A DNA stretch of 64,000 bases from the human T2T-CHM13v2.0 reference genome, Homo sapiens, in NCBI RefSeq assembly GCF_009914755.1, contig NC_060927.1. One strand, 5' to 3'. The first letter of the stretch is position 1; each line of letters opens with the position of its first letter. A program made the position numbers and the translations under genes. Shown here one piece after another: positions 12,332 to 26,231 of the stretch. The notes under the pieces were generated by a model that was given only the letters and a program-made list of their open reading frames with translations, was not told where the DNA came from and did no database searches.

Positions 12332-13439
12332 CTAAGGCATATATTGTTTTTTAAATCTATTTTCTGTCTTCTAAAAGTGTGTTGAAACATCTTGTCTGTT
12401 GAATTCTGCCTCCTGTTTTCTCCTCTAGGGTTTTTAATAACTTTTTAATTTCTGTACTCTTCCTGGTGGGATTTTATGGGAGTTAGGAAGCACTATATCT
12501 GGTCAATCAGTTGTCTTTAAGCCTGGATACTATTTTAAAGGTAGAGAAAACCTTTTTCATTTACATTTTTTTTAAATGGGAAGCAGTCATTAGTTAAGAT
12601 TTTTATTTGATAGAGTGTTTCTAAAAGCCATACAACTCTGGATTCTCATCCCAATGTCTAAACTTCTATATGTCTTTTTTGAGTAAATCATTTAACCCCT
12701 CTAATCCTAAATTTCCTTGCCAGTAACAGTACTTCATAGAGTTTTTGTGAGGTACAGACAATGAATATAAGTCATGTAACATAGACACAAGGGCATAGAA
12801 GATGCTTTTGTTGTAGGTTTAATGTGATATTTAGATATTTCTAAGTCATTTTACAATTTCTCAGAGAATTAAAGGGATTAAAACTTTGAGCCCAAAGTAC
12901 AAAGGTAATTGTTAAGACATATATAGTTTATTTTCATTGTTATCCTTGTAGAAAGTTTATCTTTTGAAAGCCGATACTTGCAAAAATTTTCTTTCCAAAG
13001 CCTTCTAAAGAAAAAGGTTAGGTGCTTTTGTTTTCGTTTTTTAAACCATGTAAGCATATTATCTTTATCCTTCAGTGCTGAATTGAAGTACTACCAACTC
13101 TAAAAGATTTTACAGATTATTTTACCACTCACTACACTTGAGATCGCAAAACAAAATTATTCTATCTGTTCTTCAGTGTTGATTTGCTTCTTTCCACCTT
13201 TTTATTATTGTTTGTTCTTATTCCCTGTGTAATCATTTGTCAATCTTCTATGTACTTACATAATTGAAAATAGAGACTACATTTTATTTACTTCTGTATC
13301 TCAGCACCACCAGCAAAGCAGAGTATGGCAAATAGTGGGCTCCTAGTAATTGAATGAAGGAATAAGTGAATAAACTTTTTGAAAATCTACTTAGCCTAAA
13401 CTGTAGTAGTTGAGCACCTAGGTTTACTTGACTTTTTAA

Positions 13440-13759
<320 letters not shown>

Positions 13760-14614
13760 TTATCCTCTTTAAAAAAACCAAAAACAAACAAACAAAAACC
13801 TTTAAGCTTTAAAAACACTTATTTGTTGTTTTTTTTGTTACCCTCAGGTTAGAAAAGTGATTTTTAGCAGTGTGCCTAGTTCCGTTACAGTGAATGACTT
13901 TAGAATTCTCATAGTGGGACTCTACATGGTTTAGAGTAATATGGATACTAGGTATAGGACCTCTTAGCCAAATTAGTGTAAATACTGTTTTAAAGAGTTA
14001 TTATTGATACCAAGTGGTGTCTTGGTTTTTATTGTCACAGATGCCCACCTTACAAGTGAAATTATTTTATAGGAAGACCCATTTTGCTGTTTTAGAAACT
14101 ATCTTTGGATAGAGCACAGTGTCTATTTGCATTAGCATTAAATGATGCTCTATAAATATGTTATAGAGGGTGCTAAAACATTACATATTTAAGTGAGATG
14201 ACTTTGCATGAAGAAAATTGTAGATATGTCATGAATGGATCTCTGATTCAATGAGAATTTTATTTGATATTGTATGTATGTCTTCAAATAATATATTTTT
14301 CTAACTTCCAGTTTTCTGAATAAAATTTTTTTAATTATATTTTTTCTCTGCTTTTCTCCCGTTTTATTATGTTGGCAGAGCCACTCTTACATGGACTGCT
14401 ATTTTGGAAGAATGGGTGTTCTTAATGGCCTTTATTCATTCATCTTTATTAAAATGAAAATTTGTTACTTTTTTTTTATACTTTCAGTGAATTTTGTCTG
14501 AGATGCTTTTTTATTTTGACTAACATCTCAAACATATAATGCCTCATTTTAACTAGCTGTCAATAAATATAGTCTGAAGATATTTAAAATAATTTTATGC
14601 ATTTTAAAATCTAG

Positions 14615-14766
14615 GTTGGATGGACAATGGCCTGATGGTTTATTGGCTTCAGACAATACTCTTCATTTTGTCCATCCATTGACTTTCAATTATTCTGGTG
14701 TTTATATCTGTAAAGTGACCAATTCCCTTGGTCAAAGAAGTGACCAAAAAGTCATCTACATTTCAG
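14615..14766 (+). CDS. NECTIN3: Nectin-3 coding exon 5 (second half of Ig D3), 152 nt, phase 2-1
   Basis: aaatctag| at 14614 and CAG|gtaagt at 14767. AG|G TTG GAT = (R)LDGQWPDGLL...YSGVYICKVTNSLGQRSDQKVIYIS. Confidence 0.96.
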
Positions 14767-15996
14767 GTAAGTTACTATCTGCTTGCAAAATGAGTTATTT
14801 AAAATATTTCTGAATAATCATAGTAACAATATGATCCTAAGCAATAATTTGTACTTGTAAAGATACAGATTCCTCAGTGTGAAGTTTTTCCAAATAATCT
14901 AAAAGGAATATGATAAAATAATCCTATCCTGAGATAGGTATGTAATGTGGCATCCTTTATTGAAATGTCAAAGTGTCTGTGCAACAAGTTTATTTACTTT
15001 TTGATGCCTGTACATATAGTTAATTTTTCAGTTCAACAGTACTATTTCTTTAATACATAGTATGACTTTCTAGATTCTTTTATCTTTACACTAAGAACAA
15101 ATAGTGATTTTTTTCTTTTGCTTTGATGGCCACTTTGTACACAGTTGTCTGGTAAATAAAATGGAATATTAAATTTGATGGCTTGTTAAATAGCGTTGTT
15201 TCCCACTTAATATGGGACTATACCATATTGTGTTACTGAGAGGTGAAATAGGAATGCTACTGAAAATGTGTTAATGAAATAAAATTTGTGATGTTTTTTA
15301 TTGTCTTTAAACTACTAATAGCTTAGATTTTTCACATTCTGTTTCACTTTGAATATTTTTGTTAATTTGGCTGAGTATAAATTTTGGCATTCGTAAAATA
15401 GAGAGCTAAAAATACATCTTTTCCTGGTTGTGGCTGCAAGTAATAAATTATCAATAGAATGCTTATTTATAAAAATTCAATAAAATATTTTGAGCATCTC
15501 CTTACTGATTACAAGAATGTAGCAATCTTCCTGTCTAACAAATGGAAAATTAAGAGGTAAAAGGAAGAGAACCTAAGAAACTCAGGTTTGTATGGTAATT
15601 ATGGAATAAATAGTTAAGGGTTTTATCTTTGTTCAGATCTAAAACTAGATAAATTAGAGGTTTTGGTGAAATTTTGTGCTTGCTTAAGTGTTATATTCTC
15701 AGTCCTTGTGTGATCAGTCCAAGAAAAGTACCACGTATTATATTGTCTTAGAGCACTCACCACAGTTTTTAGTTGTATGCTCATTTCTTTGCTTATTATT
15801 TATCTTCACAATTCAGCAATTTGTGCTTGCTTTATTCACGACTGTATACTCAGCAGTGAGCATTGTGCCTGGCACATGATAGAGGTGCAAACTTTCTTTT
15901 TTTTTTTTTTTTTTTGCATGAGTCTAGAAAGAAGCTTAGAGCTGTATACATCCCTAGCCCTTTCTGCCAGTATCAGTACTTTGGTGGAAATCTGTA

Positions 15997-16298
15997 TTTT
16001 TTTTTCTTTTGAGACGTGGTCTCGCTGTGTCACCCAGGCTGGAGTGAGTGCAGTGGTGTGATTTCAGCTCACTGCAACCTCTGCCTCCCGGGCTCAAGCA
16101 ATCCTCCCACCTCAGCCTTCAGTAGCTGAGACTACAGGTATGCACCACCATGCCCAGCTAATTTTTGTATTTTTTGTAGAGACAGGGGTGGTCTCTCTAT
16201 GTTGTCCAGGCTGGTCGTGAACTTCTGAGCTCAAGTGATCTGCCCACCTCAACCTCCTAAAGTGCTGGGATTACAAGCGTGAGCTACTGTGCCTGGCT
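15997..16298 (-). mobile_element. AluJ-like
   Basis: Antisense Alu (gggctcaagcaatcctcccacc, J-type); TSD ggaaatctg at 15986-15994 and 16299-16307. Confidence 0.93.
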
Positions 16299-16486
16299 GG
16301 AAATCTGAATGAGGTTACATATTAGTATATTACTCTCTCTTTAGTTAGAGAATAAGCCAGGGAAATGCATAGTTAAAATATACTTAAGGACTGTTTATTT
16401 TGTTTCTGTTGTACAATTTGGTGTGGGATATTACTTGTAGACCTTAGACTCAATATGTCTATGTAATCATTTAAATATCAAGGCTT

Positions 16487-16778
16487 GACTGGGCGTGGTG
16501 GCTCACACCTGTAATCCCAGCACTTTGGGAGGCCGAGGTAGGTGGATCACCTGAGGTCAGGAGCTTGAGATCAGCCTGGCCACTATGGTGAAAACCTGTC
16601 TCTACTAAAAATACAAAAATTAGCCGGCATGGTGGTATGCGCCTGTGATCCCAGCCACTCAGGAGTCTAAGGCAGGAGAATCGCTTGAATCCGGGAGGCA
16701 GAGATTGCAGTGAGCCCAGATCGTGCCATGGATGACAGAGCGAAACTCTGTCTCAAAAAAAAAAAAAAAATTAAAAAA
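16487..16778 (+). mobile_element. AluS-like with a short right-arm deletion
   Basis: Sense Alu; TSD taaatatcaaggct at 16472-16485 and 16779-16792. Confidence 0.95.
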
Positions 16779-16869
16779 TAAATATCAAGGCTCATTTTGG
16801 ACACTCTTGTATGTACTGATTTAATTGATAATATCCTAAATTTATACTCTTTTATCATTCTGAGTGCAG

Positions 16870-17937
16870 TGTTCAGTACTCTTGACTTGTGTGTCCAATT
16901 GCCTATTAATGATCATTAACTCTATGTAGTAGTCTAATAGGTATTTACAACTTAACATATTCAAAACCAAGGTCTTGATCTTTCTATTGCTCCTTGATAC
17001 CAAACATATTTCTGTACTCATCTTCCTTCTTTCAGTTACTGGTACTTCTTTCCTTACATTTGTTCAGGATACAACCCTTGATAGTTATTCTTGATTTTGC
17101 TTTTTCTCTCACACCCTAGTTAATTCATTAACAAATCAATACCAGCTCTTCCATTATGTTAAATATAGAATCTTAACAGTTCTTCAACTCTTCTACTACT
17201 ACTACACTAGTCTAAGCCATAAGCCACTCTTATTTCACTATTACAATAACCATTTAATCTCCCTACTTTGCCTGTGTCCCCCTTCAGTTTGTCAGCAAAT
17301 GAGCAGCTAGGGTAGTTCTTTTAAAGGACATGTCAGCTCATGTCACTCCTCTCCTCAAAACCTTCCATGGGCTTCCCATTTTACCCACAATGAAAACCAA
17401 ATCCTTACAATGACTTACAGAGCCCTTCTTCCAGATGATCTCTCTAATTTCATTTCTTATATGTTTTGCTCATTGGCTGAGTCACTACTGGACTCCTTGC
17501 TGTTCTTCAAACATAGCAGGCACATTCCTACCTCAGAGTCTTTTGCATTTGCTGTTTTCACTGCCTGGAATGCTTTTACCAGGTATCATCAGAGTTCTTT
17601 ACCTCACTTCTTAAGGCCTTCACCTTCACCTTTTTCAATGAGGTCTTCCTTCATGGTTATATTTGAAATAAAATACCCTCCCTTCTCACCCCTTTGCTAC
17701 TATTGGTCCCCTTCTTTTTCTCTTTAGCACGTATTGCCATGTAACCCCATGTATTGCCATGTAAATATGTAAAATATTTACATATTTTCTTGTTTTTATA
17801 TGCTTGTCTGTTTTTACCCTCAGAACGTAAGTCTAAACATAAAGCCTGCTTTAATTACTGCTATATTTCCATTATCTACAATGATGTTTAGCATATGATA
17901 GACGTTCAATACAGTTTTGTTGCATGAATGAATAAAT
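16870..17937 (+). mobile_element. L2 LINE 3' portion
   Basis: L2 motifs (aacttaacatattcaaaacc; catgtcactcctctcctcaaaaccttccatgggcttccc; ctgcctggaatgc) and a tgaatgaataaa terminus. Confidence 0.8.
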
Positions 17938-18026
17938 TTGAGAATAAAACAATCAGGAATCAATTTACAAATCCAGAATCTGCTTTTGTGTAACTTAACT
18001 CTTTAAAAAGGGAAATCAAATTTTGA

Positions 18027-18380
<354 letters not shown>

Positions 18381-18385
18381 GAGAA

Positions 18386-18686
18386 TTTTTTTTTTTTTTT
18401 TTTTGAGACAGAGTCTTGCTCTGTCGCCCAGGCTTGAGTGCAGTGGAGCGATCTTGGCTCACTGCAGGCTCCGCCTCCCGGGTTCACGGCCACTCTCCTG
18501 CCTCAGCCTCCCAAGCAGCTGGGACTACAGGTGGCCGCCACTACGCCCAGCTAATTTTTTGTATTTTTAGTAGAGATGTGGTTTCACCATATTAGCCAGG
18601 ATGGTCTCGATCTCCTGACCTCATGATCCACCAGCCTCGGCCTTCCAGAGTGCTGGGATTACAGGCATGAGCCACCGCACCTAGCC
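18386..18686 (-). mobile_element. AluY/Sc-like, inserted directly next to the previous Alu
   Basis: Antisense Alu flanked by gagaat at 18381 and 18687. Confidence 0.93.
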
Positions 18687-21600
18687 GAGAATGTTTTTTT
18701 TTTTTTGGTAATCAGTAGTTAGACTTTACTTTTCTATCCAGAGTCTGTAACACAGCATACTATCCTGAGATTAGTTAACTCATCTAACAACTGCTTGGAG
18801 TATGTCAGGTATCCTAGGTATAATGCTGCCTTTCCAGAATGACTATTTAGTAAAACCTAGTAGGCTTTTACAAGAGTGAGAAGCCATAATTCACAAAATA
18901 AATGACCAGTTAATCTTTTTCATTGTTACATGTACTCATTTTCCTCTAGGAAAAAAATGTTACCTCAGTATTAAAATAGATATTTAAAAATTTGAGAAAT
19001 TATTTTTAATATATGTAAAATAAATGCATCTTAGGACTAGAGATGAAAAGTTCTGCTCAGAACAGAATAAGCAACTCTGAGGGAAATTGTTCTTAATTTT
19101 GTTACACATTTTCCCACATTGATAAATGTAAGATTTTGGATAACAGGTTTTTGATTTAGGATTGCAATATTCAACCTCAGTTATTAAATTGTACTCTATT
19201 ATATAATAGTAATACTCTCAAGAGGTATAGTAGCTCTTTGACTAGTACTTACTGACTACTGGAAATTGTGTTTTTCTGGTTTGCTTTTGATGTATATTTT
19301 TCCCTTAACTAATACCTGTTTCTTATCTTTAAATTTAGAAAAGCAAATTTTGATATGTCAAATAAGTGCCCCTATGTCTAAAACTCTTATTCCTGTGCAC
19401 AGCTTGAATTTCAGGTCATATTGATTTTAGGATCCAAGTGTAGTTTCAAACTTAAGAATCTGCTTACTTAGCAATCCTTAAACATTAAAATGCATTATTT
19501 CATATATTTAAACACCTATATGAAGTCTAAAAGAAAAATAAGCCAATTAATTTTTATGACACTAAAAATATACCTTAGAAGACTAAAATATGCCTTTTAC
19601 GGGGCATTACATGACTATTTTATGGTTTGGCAGAACTCATTAGAAAAGGAAACTTAAAGTTCTTCATTTGGGTGAGAAGAACTATAAAAGTCATTATATC
19701 CATTATATACTCATTTATCACACAGTCAGCAAAGAGTATGAAAAATAATATCTAACTGAAAAATGAGGAATACTTTTGGGAAGGATTTAAAATCATGATA
19801 TGGTGATGAAAAATAGTCCTACCTTATAATAATTGTGACTGTCATTGTAAATTAGAAAACAGAGAAAATATTTTGCACGCATTGTCATATTTCCATTGCT
19901 TAAAATGCAAAATAATGAAGTATTAAATGGCCTCTCTTTCATGGAATGATATTACTAGTGAGGCTCAGTTATTTTTAACACTGATTAAGGAGTGGGATGG
20001 TAGGTTGAAACATTTCTAGAACCATCAACAAAAATAAGATTTTAAAGTAACCCTTTTGGTTAGATTTTTCTCAAAGCCATATTTTGTTAAATCTGAGTGA
20101 AATGGACAATAGATGACCATTTGTGTTCATATAAAGAAATTTGCAAATAGAAGTAATAAATGTCAGGGTTTCATTATTTAGGATACTTGGTAAAAATGTG
20201 TCTTATTTGGTGAGAGCTCAAATATAGTCACTGTTCTGAAAAAAACTAGCATATAAAGAACCATGAAAAACTTTAAAACTCTACTGGCAGAAAAGTATTT
20301 AAATTATAAATAATTAGATGATTTTTACTTTAATTTAAATATGCTGATGCCAGTTTATTATATTTTTTTCTTTGCAAATCATTGTAAGGATGACATTCAA
20401 TACATTAAAGTTGACTTTCCCAGTACTTCTGCTTCCTCAGAAAATACATGAATCGTCTTATTTAATTTTTAGTCTATATTTTTAATGTTCTAATGCTGTG
20501 AAGTTGCATTACGTGAGACTTTACTACTTCTATATTAGACATGATCCTTCAATTCTACACTTGTTTTCTTGGGGTTGAATTAGTTCCATTAGTGAATGTT
20601 TTCATAAATTAAAACTTCTTTGATTCACTTAAATATACTCTGATAACTAATATTCATCTCAAAGTACTTGACAGGGTTACCTGTTATAAATTTAAACTCA
20701 AAATTAGTTATATTGTACTTATTAAATTTTATACTGTACTTGCTAAATTTTTACCACATTCTATACATATGGCATTCCGTGATGAAACCTGTTCAGTAAG
20801 TATTTTTCTTTAGCTTGTAATATTAGAATAACTTACCCCATGTAGATTTAGTATTTTTCTAACAATCATTTTTTAAAGCTCTATCAGTACCACTCATTTA
20901 AAAATTAATTATAGGAGATTACCATTTGGGTCATTTATTTCTTTCACTGTGAAGGAAACAATATTTTTAAACTTACCCTTTCTTCAAACTCTACAGTTTT
21001 GTGTTACATGACCTATAAATACTACTTAATTGATAATTAACCAGTCTTTAATTTTTGCTATTTATGTTTAGTTGCTTTTTAATATTACTGGCTATTTACT
21101 CTGTTATCTAATGTCAATACACAGATTCCTTTGCATCTAATATTTAAGTATTATTAGAATGTTCTCTCTAAAATATTAGCTGTTCTTTTTGAGACTCCAT
21201 CCTAAAGTAGTGACATTAAATTTTGCAGATATAGTTGAAGTTTTTAAATTTCTGAATGTTTAGATAACTTGCCCATAGGGTGTTAGACATGGTGATGACA
21301 TTTTTATTACTTTATAACATATTTTTACTTTGTCTATTAGTTTCCTTTGGTAATAGCCTATCAGGCTAACATAAGTTTAAACATATGCTTTTTTATTTTT
21401 TTAAATTACTAAATAATAGTGTTTACTATATATCTCCTTCCAAAAATTTTGAGCTTTTTTATTTAAAGAAAATATTTTTGAGAGAATTATTAAACCAACA
21501 GCTTATACTATGCCCACTTAACAAGAGTCTATAGTTTTTCATTCTTTTAAAGATACGCTCAGCTCTTATAAAAATAAACCATATTATTAATAGGTAAAAT

Positions 21601-22065
21601 GGATATTAAGAAAAACTTTAATTTTTTTATTCTTTTTATTTTCTTGAGCTACTGGCTAAGAAAATGTACATTTGAATTACTTGATTTACTTTTTTGTTAT
21701 AGTAATTATTAAGCTTGCTATGTAATAGGACACTTAAGTAATACTCTTCATTAAAAAAATAAGGACCTCTTTTCTGGAGTACAATATCACTCATAAACTT
21801 GGAATGGAAGAATTACAACATAGGTTTACACCATAGGTTTTATTCCTTTCTCTTTATTGGTGACTGACTAAATGTCAGTGTTGTTTTCTTTTTAAATAGA
21901 TGAGTACCACTACATTCTAATCTTAATCAAATTAAGAATGAAAAACTATTGTTACTATGAATATATATTCATTAACTGTGCTGTCTTGTCAACTTGCTGC
22001 TGAATCAGCCTGCATTGACATTCTTTGCCTTTCTGTGTCTTCTCTATCTTTACTGTTTCCATTAG

Positions 22066-22646
22066 ATCCTCCTACTACTACCACCCTTCAGCCTACAATT
22101 CAGTGGCATCCCTCAACTGCTGACATCGAGGATCTAGCAACAGAACCTAAAAAATTGCCCTTCCCATTGTCAACTTTGGCAACAATTAAGGATGACACAA
22201 TTGCCACGATCATTGCTAGTGTAGTGGGTGGGGCTCTCTTCATAGTACTTGTAAGTGTTTTGGCTGGAATATTCTGCTATAGGAGAAGACGGACGTTTCG
22301 TGGAGACTACTTTGCCAAGAACTACATTCCACCATCAGATATGCAAAAAGAATCACAAATAGATGTTCTTCAACAAGATGAGCTTGATTCTTACCCAGAC
22401 AGTGTAAAAAAAGAAAACAAAAATCCAGTGAACAATCTAATACGTAAAGACTATTTAGAAGAGCCTGAAAAAACTCAGTGGAACAATGTAGAAAATCTCA
22501 ATAGGTTTGAAAGACCAATGGATTATTATGAAGATCTAAAAATGGGAATGAAGTTTGTCAGTGATGAACATTATGATGAAAACGAAGATGACTTAGTTTC
22601 ACATGTAGATGGTTCCGTAATTTCCAGGAGGGAGTGGTATGTTTAG
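22066..22646 (+). CDS. NECTIN3: Nectin-3 alpha terminal coding exon: Thr-rich stalk, transmembrane helix and cytoplasmic tail with afadin-binding PDZ motif
   Basis: Long pyrimidine tract plus attag| at 22065. G|AT CCT CCT = DPPTTTTLQP...; TM IIASVVGGALFIVLVSVLAGIFCY followed by RRRR; ends SRREWYV-TAG, matching the nectin E/A-x-Y-V motif. Confidence 0.97.
22092..22123 (+). CDS. NECTIN3: Alternative (+26 nt) acceptor frame of the alpha exon, giving a TM-less C-terminus AYNSVASLNC*
   Basis: cccttcag| at 22091; G|CC TAC AAT TCA GTG GCA TCC CTC AAC TGC TGA. Matches my recollection of the short annotated nectin-3 isoform; not verified here. Confidence 0.7.
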
Positions 22647-25600
22647 CAACCACTGAATGTGACTTAACTATGTACAATGTTCATTCACACTAGTTGATCA
22701 TTTTCAGATTGTTCATACTTTTTCTTGAGGAAGAATAAGCTTTTTCAAGTTGATTTTCAAGCTTACTTTTTATATTCTAATCTGACAAATGAAAATGTAA
22801 AATCTGAGTTCAGTGTATCTAAGCTGCTTTACAATTTTTTTTCAATGCTGTACTACTGTCTCAAGATTTAAATTTTAATGCAGAGTACTTTATTGGTGTG
22901 AGGCACACAGGTAAGAAGAAATGTCAACATTAAATGTATGACTTACTTGGTACAAAAATTTTTTAAAAAGGGAACTACCTTGACATTGTGTATTAAATGT
23001 TTACCTAAGACTATAATCTCAAGTATGATGTTTGTTTAACATATACCTCTCAAAATTTATCACCACTCAATGACACTGCATCAAAATTGACTATAAAACT
23101 AATTCAAGAAATATTTATATATATTTTTTAATATACAAAAAATATTTAGCCTGATGGAATGGCTTTCCTTTTCAAACATTATTTTCTAAGTTTCTATACA
23201 AATGAAATCTTTACCTCTGCATATTAATGAGCCTTGCCATAATTACTGTAGAGTGGCTTTTCAAAGATATTTTGTTGCACTAAAACTGTGGTAGTAAACT
23301 CAGTGAACATGATGTGTGGAAGAGCATAATTAGCTGGTCAATATTTTTGTCCAAAATACCTGCAAGAGTAATAAAATACATACCTTTCAAACATGATAAT
23401 TATTAGTTTTTTTTTTTCCTTTCTGGAACATGGATTTTGGTACATTAGCAGTAGCCTTATTTTAATGCTTTATGTCCTAAACATACTAATAGAAATGAAA
23501 AGACGCAGAGAGAGCATTTCGGAATACTGAAGTACTAGTTTTAGAAATGAGACTTTCAGCCAACAATCTATAGAAAGAATTTTATGGACCATCTTGTTTT
23601 AGTTATTTAATGTTGATGTTGTTCAAATGGGTAAATGTACAGAAAGAAAATTTTAGAGTAAACTTGGAACTTTGGATATAACTAGAAAAAACTAGATTAT
23701 AGAATTAGTCGGTAACACTTGCTAATGGACATTGGCATTCATCTCCTTTTTCCTCCTAAGTGTATGTATGTGTTTTAAGATTTCTGTTTTTACGATTAAA
23801 ACTGGAAACATGAGGTTTTTTGTTTTTGTTTTTTTACATAATTACATATATTCCTTCTGAATCATTTATCTTTTGAGAAAGAAATGTTACCTAAACTTCA
23901 AATGTGCTTTTTGTTTGTGAGGTAATTAAATTGCTTCTACAGTGGAGGCTTACAAAATTATTGTGACAACTATTTTGAAGCTGAAAGGATAGTTTTTCTA
24001 TTGCTAAGTCATTTGAAAAAGTGACCATTTTGCCAGTGAAATGAAGTGGAAGTTAGTAGGAGAATCATAAATTAAATATATTATTTTGTTAATAAAAAGG
24101 CAAAGTAGTAGGTACTTTTTAAACCCTCCCAACCAGCCCTTTCTCAATATTCATCAAATCTAAAACATTTAGGGGGCAAAATTCTAACATGTTCATGGTA
24201 TCTTGCAAATAGTGAAAGCTTTATTCTGAAGGATTATAAACTAGTTTTCTTCATTTTAACTAGCACTATTTTGTGGAAATTAGAAACCTCTTTTATTTCT
24301 CTTCCCAAAAGTAATACTTATTATAAGGCTGTAGTATCAGGTTAAGGATACAGATAAATAAAGTTCACTTATATCTTCTTACAAATGTCTGGGTTTTAAT
24401 ATGGTTAATCACTTATATACAAATATTACAACTTTTTAGTGCAAGTTTTTGGAAGAAAACTTTTTGATAAAACACTGTGATTGATGTGACTTTATTTTTA
24501 ATTTAAACGATGAGGTGGCCAGAAGAAAGATGGGTCTAAAATTTCTCCCCATGAAAGATGTAAAACTATGGCTTTTTTTAAAATCAAAATTTCATCTTTT
24601 AAAATAATGGTTTGAAATACTGTATGGATCTGAACAGAATAATCACATTTAGGATTCTATATAAATCTCAACTGGAGTATAATCTGAAGGAAATTAGCAG
24701 TGTATTTTAAGAAATATATTTCAAAAATATAAATACTGATTATGAACTTCCTTTTACATTGTGGTTATTTGTGCGATTAGGTTTTTTTGTTTGTTTCTTT
24801 TGTGTTTGTTTGGCGGGAGAGGGTGACCTGGAAAGCCACAAGTGAGTATTTGACATATTCTGTATCCTTAATCCAATCATTTGGCAAACTAAAAGGTTTC
24901 TGTGTTGTAAGAATCTGATACTAGTGCTTAAGACTTTGGGAAGCATTGCACTGTTGTTTATTAGAACTTTATGTATATTTACTGTACATAGAGACTTGTT
25001 TGAAAACATGAATAGTCATTAAATAAAGACATTGTTAAATTAGTTTTTGAATACCAGTGATATTCATAACTACTTGACAGGTATATATGAAAATTCTACT
25101 ATCGTGAAAAAAAATGAATATTTGTACTATTTTTGGCCATATTTATATTTATTTCTTTCATATGGTTTGAACTGTTTTAGCATTTTGTAAATTCACTTGA
25201 GAGTTTTCTTTCATACTGGTTAAAATATTTCAATGATATAATGAAGATGAATGCAACTCTTATTTTTCTGCCATTTTTTATTAAAATACATTGAAACTAA
25301 AGTAGGCTCGGGGTTAACTTTAAAAGTGATATTTGAGAAGTGCTTTAGAGTTGAAAGATTTAGTATTTTACCACGTGCCTAGTAGGGTTCTATTTGCTAA
25401 CTCTAATATTGAGGAAACTATTAAGGTTTTCAGTAGTAAGTGTTGCTTCTAATAGCCATATACAGGAAAGTTTTATAAGATAACCCACGGCTAAATATTT
25501 TGCATTAAGGAGCTGTAGGAGTACAGTGTATAAGTACAGAAATTGAGAGAAATGTAGTCATTTTATATGTGAAAACATCTGATTTGAGTTTTTGATAAAT

Positions 25601-25870
25601 ACTGCTAAAACACAGTATATGAACAAGTAAGAAGTTTATGTATGAAAGTAATCAATGTAAAATATAAGAAAGGAATAAATGGTACCCATTTTGAATTTTT
25701 AATTCTAATAGGAGAGTAGATTGTAGATTGAATTGTCTTTCCTGTTTACTTGTTAATTAGAAAATGCATCCTTCATAAACAGCTCCTTTCTCAAATTTTT
25801 TGTATATTGTGTTTGTGTTTGGGTTTTAGTTTGTACCCGCGCTAAGTTTTGGTTTTGTTGTGTTTGGTGT

Positions 25871-25902
<32 letters not shown>

Positions 25903-25990
25903 CTTTTTTAACCAACCTGTGTATTAGGTGTTAGCCCCAATAGCCATGCATGAAATCTTTAAATAAAAGTTAAAAAAGTTCTTTAGAGGC
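22647..25990 (+). other. NECTIN3: Long AU-rich 3'UTR of nectin-3 alpha (end approximate)
   Basis: About 3.3 kb with no recognisable interspersed repeat after the stop codon. AATAAA at 23370, 24091, 24357, 25022, 25674 and 25962; repeats resume at ~26230. Confidence 0.7.
25962..25967 (+). terminator. Likely distal poly(A) signal of the alpha isoform
   Basis: AATAAA preceded by a long U/GU-rich upstream element (~25800-25910) and TGTA, followed by U-rich sequence. Confidence 0.6.
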
Positions 25991-26231
25991 ATATTTCTGT
26001 AATAAGTTCATTGCTCTATGTTACCATCTTTGTCCTCGTATTTACTAAAGTGTGTGTGTATGTGCGTGTGTAACCTAGTTTATTTTAATTATCAAAATGT
26101 AATTAATGATTTGTGGGAATCAGAAACCTGTTTTCCTAAAACAAGACTGTAATATCAGATTGAGGATAGTTGGCATGTTGGCCACTGTAAAATTTTTTCC
26201 TTTTTTTTTTTTTTTTTTTTGGTGGTTGGGT

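Noticed and set aside
22654-22660. miR-181 seed match TGAATGT
   Set aside because: Within 15 nt of the stop codon, where sites are usually ineffective; a single 7-mer is weak evidence.
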